Part shown: piece after piece, positions 52,758-63,300 of the stretch
Position numbering within the stretch: position 1 is the first letter of the stretch
Layout of the letters: every line of letters starts with the position of its first letter
DNA from: Oopsacas minuta
Taxonomy: Eukaryota > Animalia > Porifera
Reading direction: 5' to 3'
DNA: 64,000 bases
Assembly (NCBI GenBank): GCA_024704765.1
Contig: JAKMXF010000319.1
Location: 186,001 to 250,000 of the forward strand
Program-made: the position numbers and the translations under genes
Notes under the pieces: model-generated
The model's input: the letters and a program-made list of their open reading frames with translations, nothing else
Database searches by the model: none
What the model was told of the DNA's origin: nothing

Positions 52758-53717
52758 ATGGCAAGTGTAGGTTGTGTTATTGCGCCACCAACCGAGACCC
52801 AACCGCCGGATTTCGATAGTCCTTTGATCATAGAACCAAAACAGCCTCAGAATGTGCTAACGTTGGGTAATTTGGCTCCACTTGTTGGCACCTGGGTTAA
52901 CGCGCCTAACACATTTGGGTACAATGTGATGCCACTACCTCAAATGTATGATGAGACAGGAGGTGTAATGGTACCTTCGTACATCCTGAAGAATAATCAA
53001 TATTATGAAGAGATGACGTTTTCAGCAATCAACGGTGTAGCTCCTAATCGCGGTGGTCAAGGTACTCAGGTTTGCAATACGCTGTTTTATGAACAGCGAG
53101 TTTATCTTAGTGAAAATCCTGATCAAAATAAATTACTGCATGCAGAAAACGGGTCTTGGCTGAATTTCACTAGTAGGGAACAATTTCTTGGGCCATATGG
53201 ACAGACACCTCTTCCCAATAGTACCCCTCCAGTTTTACTATATCAAATTGGGAAGCAAATGTCAGTGCCTCATGGTAACTCTATTCTAGCTGTTGGTACG
53301 TCTAGTATTGATAAAAGTGGCCGACAGCCTGATATTCCCGATATTCCATTGATTAAACCACAAGGTGTTAATACATCTCAATACGATGATCAATCAGTAG
53401 GGAATCCGAATGTAACATATACATCAAATCCAAATCTAGTCATACAGCAGGGTCTAACAGGAGAAAAGATCGCTGAATACATCAAACTTGAAGTTGATTC
53501 AAAACCAGTAGCTCCGCCAACAAACATTGGATTCGAGCAAAAGTTTTCAAAAGTAACCAGCTACAAGCAAACTGTGTGGATTATAGCTAGTAAAGATCTT
53601 GGGCAGTTTGACCGTTTACTATACTCGCAGACAATTGGGTTACAATTGATAATCAATGGTACTAAAGTGGAATTCCCTCATGTTACTTCGAATGCGCTAG
53701 TTCGGAAAACTTTCTAA
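52758..53717 (+). CDS. Heme-binding / FMP-type peroxidase-like protein, intronless, 319 aa from first ATG
   Basis: Motif order LGNLAPLVGTW, GYNVMPLP, YYEEMTFSAI.G.APNRG, LFYEQRV, LHAENGSWL, SVPHGNSILAVG, W....D...LLYSQTI.L and FPHVT.N.L.K. I recognise this order from a mainly bacterial heme-binding protein family; not confirmed by search. Confidence 0.7.
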   Translation: MASVGCVIAPPTETQPPDFDSPLIIEPKQPQNVLTLGNLAPLVGTWVNAPNTFGYNVMPLPQMYDETGGVMVPSYILKNNQYYEEMTFSAINGVAPNRGGQGTQVCNTLFYEQRVYLSENPDQNKLLHAENGSWLNFTSREQFLGPYGQTPLPNSTPPVLLYQIGKQMSVPHGNSILAVGTSSIDKSGRQPDIPDIPLIKPQGVNTSQYDDQSVGNPNVTYTSNPNLVIQQGLTGEKIAEYIKLEVDSKPVAPPTNIGFEQKFSKVTSYKQTVWIIASKDLGQFDRLLYSQTIGLQLIINGTKVEFPHVTSNALVRKTF

Positions 53718-56102
53718 CTTGGTATTTCCTTTCTTTCTTTCTTTCTTACTATTCCCATTACTAGTTTACTATCCCCCATATATCTTTAGATGTTAAACTT
53801 TCCTTTTTTGCTGTATTTGTGAGTAGATTGAGTTATTATCTTGTGTGTTAAATTCCTGACTTACACATGTGTTGGCGGTCGATATTGTCTGAAAAATGTT
53901 GGATCAGATCATATTCCTAGATTAGAGAAAGGTCACATTTTCTGAGGGGATAACGTTCTTAATATTACAATATCGCTTAGAAATTCGGTCACCGAAATAT
54001 ACATAATGAAATAGCCCGTAAACTACGTTTTCTATAATCATAATATTTTCATAGTGGTTACTTAATTAACAGTGTAGAGGTAATTATTTGCTATCATAGG
54101 TTGCAATATATACGTAATAATCTTTTTCAGCATGAATTCAATTTTGTTTGGGAACACAAAGAGTTCTCACTAGCACCTTTGGCCCTTACAGTACAAGAGG
54201 TAACCCCTGGAATATAATTTATAACTCGTAACTTCACTTCAAATACTGTGAAATTCGCATTCAGCTTTTCCTCGGAAATATCGTTAAAATATCAGAATAT
54301 TTATTGTGTCAAACCTTGTATACATAAATTGGTAAATACGAACATAGTCAGCACAAACAGTTTTCCCCTTAAGCCTTATTAGCCACATTCATCCGGCCTC
54401 ATTGCTCGTTTTATCGACCCAGAATTCTCTAAATGCGGAAATTCTGCTTGGAGATTGCGATACTTTTTTGCCAGAAAATGAAACAAAGATACACTAAGGA
54501 ATTGAAAATGTAAAATTTATCAAGAATTGGCTTGGAATGTGGTATATACATTCGATATAATATGAGAAACCAGTCCTTCATCTCGGAAAATCGAGTTTTC
54601 TAATTAGATGGCTGAAAGGAAATGTATCTTCATTTAGATTGGCTGCGATTTGAATCGACCGGCCGTTGACATGCGAGTTGGCTTTATTCTACTCACGTTT
54701 AATTATACAATCAGGTATTAGTAGACATATGACTCATTGATTGATCTTCTATAATTTTCAATCGTAATTGTTGTCTGTATGTTTGTCTTACTTTGTAAAA
54801 ATATCTGGTGGCTATGCCACCAAACCACCCGATTTGTCAAGCACTCAACACGCACAAAACTCCTGTTTTAGCGTTATTGAAAATAACAAGCCAGAGGAAT
54901 ACATTTATAATCGAAGGATGGAAATCGTTAGGGATCGAAACTTTAAATTTGAATGTGTATATGGTCTGGTATAAGAACATTTTCTAGATTATAGCCGAAA
55001 TCTTCGAAACTCTCTGAGATGGTGTTAAGATATTTTGAGCCATCAGAATTGATGTTTTCTAAATATCTATAAGATTGGCCTCTGGGATATTCAGAGTTAA
55101 TGGTGTCCAAAGACTCTTATGTATTCAAATGGTAATGCTTAATTTGTTATTTCGATCAGTGCGATTTAAGAGTCAGGAATTTCCTCTACACAGTAGTTGG
55201 GAATTTGGTCAACGGTTCTCATTAAAGTTGTAAATAGACCAAATGATACTAGGGAGACGTATGAATATTTCGAGAAATTGTAAGCTTTATGTATTTCAAA
55301 GAAGACAGAAGCTCTATTGTATTTTGGTTGATATATCTTCATGATTTACTGGGATGAGAATGAATTGTATACCGAGAAATGGATCTTTACAAATGTTTCA
55401 GGAATTTACAATTCAGGGGAAGATCGATTGCACTACCACCCACTAGTGGAAGAATTCATTAAGTTATGTGTGGGCTTGAGTCTATATGTCGTGTATGACC
55501 TATTGAACAGCAAATTAATTAACTTAATATCCTAATATTTAGTTACAAAACGCCCATAAGTGATAAAGTTCAACTATACGTACTTAATCTAAATGCTTGG
55601 GTAGACAATATCTGTTATGTCATCGGTCATTTTGATCATTTGCAAATAATGTGCACGGGTCGTACCGCCACATTTTCAATGTATATTTTCTTCAATCTCA
55701 CAATATTTCTGGAATATGGGATTTTCTGCATTATTACATAGTGCATTATTCTTCTATTTTTAGCATTTTATAGCTTTATGGAAAACAATCAATATAGTAC
55801 TAATGTGTGCGTATTGAATTATCAATTTATAATTACGTAACCCATCGAAATAATATTGTGTAACCTTCTTTTCCAATTATCTGTTATTAGAACCCGATTT
55901 GTGTATACGTGTCTTTCACACTCTGTTTCAAAATTATATGCGGATTCAATTTTGCAGTATAATCTAAAATCTATGTACTGCGATATACTGCTAATATCAG
56001 GGGCGTAGGGCCCCAAACAAAGGAGGGGCTCCATAACTTCAGCTCCGAAGAGTTTTTTCGTAAATTCTTCCGACTTAGCTAATGATAATAAAGAATATAA
56101 GC

Positions 56103-58734
56103 TAAACCTTTAGTGCCAAAGATCACTAATAAGTGATTACTCAAGAAATAATTAACAACTTAAAATATGAGTAAAGACTATCTTCTTGTTTAGTAACTGA
56201 TCGTGACATTATAACGGAGAAAAATGGCAACTGCAGAACAAACCTATGACATCCTAATTGCAGGCGCAGGAGTTTCTGGACTCTATTGCGCATACAAATT
56301 AAACGAGAAATATCCCAAAAAGACCATATGTATTATAGAAAAACTGGACCGCATTGGTGGGCTGTTGGAGAGTAATCTTGTAACAATCAATGGGAAAACC
56401 ATCAAACAAGAAGAAGGTGGAATGCGCTTTTACAAAACTAGTGAGATCTATAAATTAGCTATAGAATTAGGATTGGAGAAAGAAATTGTTCCTTTCTCAA
56501 TGGGAAACAAATATAATTTGAACTTCATTAGAGGTGTTCGCTTTACACTTGGTCAAGCTGTTGAATCAAAAGTGTGGTTTGACTTGTATAATACGGGTTT
56601 GAGTGTAAAAGAGAAAGACAAATATACGGATCCATTCGCTATACTAAATGATGTATTCGATAAATTCGCATGATGCAGGACCCACAAGAAGAAGCACCAT
56701 TTACTCCACAACAATGGCAACATGTTAGATTAGAATGGAAGGTTGACAATATCGAATTATATAAATGGGATTTTGCGTCTATACTGCGTTTTATGGGTCT
56801 TTCCTATGAAACGATCAAAATGATTGAGATATCACTTGGATTCAAAAGTTTATCCAATCGTAATATAAATGCTGGATTCGGATTCCAATCCAACCTTGAC
56901 TTCACCTCAAACCCCGAGTTTTATACTCTTAAATATGGTTATGATGAAATACCAAAAAGGCTTTGCAAAAGAATCACAAACAATGGAGTAAAAGTCAATT
57001 TACTATCTGAGTTAGTGAAACTTGATGAAGATGTTGGCCAAAGTTTTCCAATTCGTATTGAATATATTGACAGAAATGATCCGAATAAATCACAGCAAAA
57101 AACTATCAGATGCAAAAGATGTGTACTGGCTTTACCCAAATTAGCCTTGCAAACTTTACCTTCAAGTAACGAATGGATGGCAGACACTAAATTTTCACGG
57201 TATGTCGATTCCGTAATCTCTGAATCCCTTACAAAAATCAATTTGTATTTTGAAAAGCAATGGTGGTCCATATTGGGAATTGATAGTGGTCCGAATTATA
57301 CGGATTTACAGCTTGGTAGCGTGTACATATTTACTCCGATCAGAGAACCTACAGAACGAGGGAAGGCATACGAAGATCCTGGATCGTTAACTATTTATTG
57401 TGACTATGACAATAGTTATTACTGGCAATCTATGCAATCGATTGGTAAGGATTATCAGCCGAAAGACAATGTAAAAGTTTCACTTCACAGTGTTTTAGCC
57501 AAAGAACAAGTTGTTGTAGTTGCCATGGATCAATTAGCGCAATTATTCCAAAGGTCCAATTTCAAAAAAGGAAGCCCTAGAGATGTGACCCCATGGAACC
57601 ACTCATTAATATTCCTGATCCAGTTCTAGCCACATACACTCACTGGACAGAACCGCGTTTTGGTGATTCTTGTCACGCATGGAAGGTATTTTCTAATGAT
57701 AGTATAGTTTCTCCTGGGATGTTCAATGTGTTAGGGCCTAACATTGGTATTATTGGAGAATCATATTCACTTGTCCAGTCCTGGGTGGATGGGTCATTGA
57801 CTCATACTAATTCTTATTTAGAATATATCACGCAATCTGGAGATTTCTAATGGGTGCGTGTGTGAGCTCTTAGTGAGTGTATAGGAACACTATATGTGTG
57901 TGCTTTGAATTCATTACTTAAGTTCAAACATTTCAGTGTTAGTGTTACGCTTGTTTAGAGATGGAATTTGTTATCTATTGTATTGAATATATTGGTATTT
58001 GTAATGATTTTTAGTGATATGATTTGATTAATCGTTTTCTATTTGGTGTACATGGGGCCTTCATAAACAGACACCTGTATAATCCGGTTGACCTACCCTA
58101 CTCAACAAAAGTAATCAGGCAATGGTAAAGTTTCCATACAAATACTAATAATCTCCCCTATTTTTGATGGGCCAATACAGTAAAACTTCAGAGTATCTCC
58201 CATGTCATAGTTGCATTCTTCGTATTGTAACCTCAGTATACAGACTTCCAGTTTAGATATTTTTTACTGATGCTAAATATTTCCAACTCATGACCAGAGG
58301 CACCACTGGATGGATACAAACTATAATCTAAATACACTCCGTAATCCATTTCCCACACGATTATGGATCCATATCCAATCTATATCCATTTTGAATGCGA
58401 ATATTCAAATCAAATTCATGAAACATCCATGAAATACATAAATTTTATGGATCTGATAGATTCCTTTTGGAGCTTACAATCCTGAGATTCCGAATTTAGT
58501 AGCAAATGTCTATGACCGAATACGGCCGGGAAAATGTGTGATTTAATGACGTCAATAAGGTACTGAAATCTCGATTTGAGTGTACGAATTGGTTGAAACG
58601 AAGTTATATAATTTTAGTCTTCCTTTTTGTTACAAATGCAACAATTCGACCGTAATTGGTTAATTGTAGTATGAGAATGGGATTGGTTTGCAATCTTACA
58701 AGCAAAACCATAGGATTACACGTGCATCTCAATT
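56103..58734. repeat. Right arm of ~2.63 kb inverted duplication
   Basis: Reverse complement of 44657-47287. Confidence 0.93.
56224..57850 (+). CDS. Flavin amine oxidase / L-amino-acid-oxidase-like, copy 2 (542 aa after repairing two homopolymer deletions at ~56663 and ~57590)
   Basis: ORFs 56224-56673, 56670-57629 and 57593-57850 together are colinear with copy 1; 1627+2 = 1629 nt. Confidence 0.85.
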
Positions 58735-59196
58735 ACATTGTCTCTAACGACACTGTAATCTATATTATTAAATGCCTAGGTAGACAGATATTGTCTACCT
58801 AAGCATTTAAATGAACTTATGCAGTCATCTATATTTGCTTGAAAATACTTACAGAGATGGTATTAACATTGATATGATGTGTTTCCCTTAACGGCATTAC
58901 CTTGTTGTCACATCATATCATACTTATAATCTCAACTTGTAAATTCCAACAGGTTCTTGATAACTATCTATATTATTCAATCTCAATCGTTGTTTGTTTG
59001 TCCGTTGTTAAGGAAAGGATTTACGGTATGTCTATCTGCCTCCACATATAGAGCAATGTGTGTTCGTCGGTAAATCCATGAAGTTACAGCCCCCCGCCCA
59101 CTCAAAATGGTCACGGAACGCCCCTGAGTGGTCACCCTAGTTAACTGTCTCGTAACCATTCTCGTTTTTAGTCTTATTTATCTTTCAGATGATATA

Positions 59197-59661
59197 CAGT
59201 AGACTCCGCTTAATAGAGCCACGGATTAACAGAACCATACAAATAGTGTAATTACTCTGGTTTATTAATCGGGTCCAGAAGACCTCCTCCCCAGTGTTCC
59301 CCCTAAGCGTTTTGACCGGCCGGCTGGACGCCCAAAACGCCAATTTGGCATTCCGACGGCTGGTCAATTCGGATCTGCAGCCGATCAAGAAAAATTGAGT
59401 AGATTTTATTAGTATAGGCATAGGCTTAACAGCTATTAATATAATAATATACGACATAAATTCAGTGATTTTCGGCAATATCGATGTTGAGTTTCATTTG
59501 TATGTTCTGAATAGTGTCGTAATCTCCAGCAGGAACTTTGCCGCAATTAGATAGTTTTCGGCCGATAAAACAGGCCATGAGGCCGACCAAATGTGACCCA
59601 TAACTTGGCTTAGGGGGAACACTGCTCCTCCCGATGTGACCTTATTAAGCGAAGTCTACTG
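59197..59661. mobile_element. TA-flanked MITE, ~465 bp
   Basis: TIRs CAGTAGACTCCGCTTAATA / TATTAAGCGAAGTCTACTG, with TA flanks. Confidence 0.75.
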
Positions 59662-60035
59662 TATCCTAAATAATCTCAAATTTGGTTCAAGCGAATCATG
59701 ATTGGTTGATTTCTAAATGACTAATTCATGAATTATTCAGAAAATTAATGAAAATTCATATTTAGATAATCGATATAAAAATTCTCATTTTATTCCAACA
59801 GAAATATCCGGTGGGGTAGATGAAGAGTTAAGTATCCATTTGTAAGCCGATTTATCTAACCCCTCTTATAGTGATGGAAATTTTGAGTAATTCATAGTTT
59901 GAATAATTCATAATTCATTACCATTTTCAATGAATTATTCAAGTAAGGTTGATCTTTGTGGGTAGAAAATTACCCCTATGCTCGAGCCGCACTCCCAGTT
60001 TGTCCAATGGATATTGTTCTTTCTTAGTTCATATA

Positions 60036-60337
60036 CAGTGAAACCTGCTTAACGGTCACCTGCACATGACGGCCAACTTAATAAAGTCTCGTGTATCAAT
60101 TTTCAATAGAAATCAACCTCTATATACAGGGCTCTCAACCTGGAAACTTTTCAAATCGTGAGTGTGCAATTTTGTATTAGTTTTCTGTGAAAAGACCAGG
60201 GATTCTGCAGTATTTGTAGACCCGAAATCGTGAGACTCACAACGAGATGGTGAGAGCCCTGTATATAGCGGCCAGCAATACATAACAACCACTCTTGGTG
60301 AGTCTCTTTCGGTGGCCGTTATAGACAGGTTTGACTG
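60036..60337. mobile_element. TA-flanked MITE hosting a nested insertion
   Basis: Termini CAGTGAAACCTG / CAGGTTTGACTG, with TA at 60034-35 and 60338-39. Confidence 0.8.
60127..60261. mobile_element. Nested hAT-like MITE
   Basis: TIRs CAGGGCTCTCAACC / GGTGAGAGCCCTG, with TATATA duplicated at 60121-26 and 60262-67. Removing it restores the host motif CTCTATATAGCGGCC. Confidence 0.8.
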
Positions 60338-60377
60338 TATGTCTCATTTCTCTATTTTCCTTTGAATTAGTATATGA

Positions 60378-63300
60378 ATGTCACAATTCAAATACTTGAC
60401 CGCCTCTCCAACATTTGACGAGCTAATATTCGGTCTATCTCTCCATCTAAATGACATAGAACAGCAACACTTCCACTTAGCATACAACAAATATCAAAAA
60501 GACAGAAGTATAATTGAATTCGTTGATGCTCTTGTTCCTCTATTCACTACAGGTCCCAGACGTACTCTCATTAATCCTATTCGTAAGATATTGAAACCAG
60601 TAGATGTTCCTAAGTATAATCAGCTACTTGTACGTCACGGGTATCTCACTACACGTAAGCCACTGAGTATGAAGTTACAGGAACATTATGATGCTAAGCA
60701 GAGAGCTCAGACACTACCGAGGAATATAGGTACAATAGACCCTCGCCAATCCGAACAGGTCATAAAGAGAATCCAACTTTTGGAAAATGTTCTAAAATAT
60801 TCTAAAATAACTATTCATGTCCAATTTTACTGTGGACAAATACTTACTCCTATATAAGCATCTTGTCAGCCTCTTCATCGTTGTACAACTTTCGAAACAT
60901 TGTCCCCCAGATCCTATAGTATTCTTTCTATGCATTCGCTAATCCAAACGAATTATTTTGCAATTGGAGCTGTGCTGTTCGGATTAGCGGGGATTTATTG
61001 GACTGTATATTTATGTAGGATCAAGGCTACATACCTTTTTCCATTGGGAATTATTCGATTCATAAAAATTACTCAAGATACCAGCAAATATTCAATTTCC
61101 AAATGAATCACTAAGATCGGTTTGATTATGCAATTTTAATACACTAAATCAGTCCAAATCAAATATTCTGTGTTTGACAGATTCGGAAGTTTTCGTATGA
61201 AATAATTTAAGGTTAGTCCGATGCCTATGTCCAGATTGCTATTCAGTTGGCTTGTTTCAAAGATCAGAAAGAATTTGCTCTGACTTTTGAGTCTGGCTTA
61301 ACAAGGCTGTTTAAACTAGGACGGACAGAAGCTATACATTTTCAAATGTATAATCAAGCAGAACCAATTTTTTTGAAATTATTTATGTAAAATTCCAAAA
61401 AATTACTTACCTGATTCTATGTACCTACTTTTAGCAGCCAAAAAATGATTTTATTGGCAAATCAATGTGTGATAGAAAACCGTAAGTACTTTCTACTGAA
61501 CCTATTTTTGAACCTCTAGCATCAAATTGTCCTCGTTATGACCGTTTAAAGTAATACCGTGGAAGTTCGAAGTGCATACCTTCCCCTCGAAAAGCTGGAA
61601 GATGAGTATCTCGAAATTTGTTAAGTTTCAAATTTCGGACATTTTACTTGATTCTATCTCCAGGATTCGGGTCATGGTGACACTTCCCTGAGGGTCCTAT
61701 AATTTCCAGGCTTATATCTTGTAATCTCATATTGCGATCAAGTGTCGCCCCCGCGAGTAGCCAACATTTCATTAAAACGGCTTTTCCCTGTACCTTCGAT
61801 TTATTTTATTTATTCAACTGACTAGCTACTGACTCCTTGCTTTCCAAGGTGAGGTTTTTATTATACAAATTATCTTACTGCCCCTTTATTGTCGTATTTA
61901 GCTAATTCCATGACTTTCTATTCATGAACTTGATCACTAATTTGAATCATGGATTAATTCCAAGGTTGCGACCGAATACTATCAGTATTTGGTTAGGCTA
62001 TTATTCATGAATACTGATATTTGGTTCAAGCGGTTTCAACCTTAATTTATTCGGTGGTTCCCAACCTAGGATACATTCACCCATTGGTTTTCCGCGGGAG
62101 ACTGTAGGGTGTCCACAAGATCTATCGTAATCTATGGAAGACAGCAGAGTAGCCAGGCATTTGTTTAAGGTGGTTGCGAGCAGTGGTGAATTGTATCCAG
62201 CAATTAGTAATTTTTGTCAAGTAACTCGAGAAATGATTAATTATATCATAGTTTCTCTTTAATCAGAAATTTACTTCATTAAATATCCAGTACCATTTTA
62301 CTATTATATATTTATATTTATCCGAACAAGTTCTGATAATGCACGCCACTTTGGCTACGTCTCTGATGGAAGAGGTCCACAGAATGTTTTAAAATTTGTA
62401 TAGGCGGCCCACTTGTAAAAAGGGTTGGTCGTTTGGCAACCGCTGGATTAATTGAAGTGCATTCAATGGGATACAGTGGATACACCATATAAGAGTATAC
62501 TACAGTGGAGTCTCTGTATAATAAACACGTCGGGAACATGATATCTGTCTGTTGTAGAGAATTGTCCTCTCCTCGGAGACTGCTTAAGTAGTAATTACAT
62601 GCTTTTTGAGTGTCCGTTTTGAGAGACTCTACTGTATATTCCAAGATATTTGATTTATTATCTTTGGTCCTGAAATATCATATTAGTAAGATTGAAATAT
62701 CAAAGAAATCAGCCAATTTGATATATTTAATCAAGTTTTTTGAATTCTACATACTTTCATTTGATGAACACGATAAATATATAGTTATGTGACTTCTCAG
62801 AATTTCGAATTCACGTTCAAAATTTCATATCATAAATCATTTCTTAACAACTAACAAACTAACAAACAGATAAACAAACATCAATTAGTTTGCACAAATA
62901 TAGATATTTATCCATGGTTCATTTAATAGGATCGAGTACACCAGTAGATGGTGGCATCAAGAAGATAACCCTGAAGAGAGACAGCTTAGGAGATCTAGGA
63001 TTCAGTATTAGAGGAGGAGCAGAGTATCATCTTGGTATTTTCATATCCTGGGTTGATGCAGGATCTGCCGCAGCTAAGAGCGGACTTGTTGTTGGAGATC
63101 AGATACTACAGGTATAGTAGAACCTCTTTATGTGATGATTTTCGACACGTCCCCCCCACAAAGCGTTCGTATCATTGGCGTAACGCTCGTAGCCTATTTC
63201 TTGTCAGAGCGCCTCGTTAGTTATTCCTAGACTAACATTACAGTTGAACCAATATATCTAATAAGAATTAATAAGAGCATTTTTGTCTATCCAATGAGAA

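Noticed and set aside
60730-60857. ORF-track continuation of whirlin-like exon 1 to 60857
   Set aside because: The phase-1 donor at 60729/60730 matches the phase of the PDZ exon acceptor at 62929, so the remainder is intron read-through.
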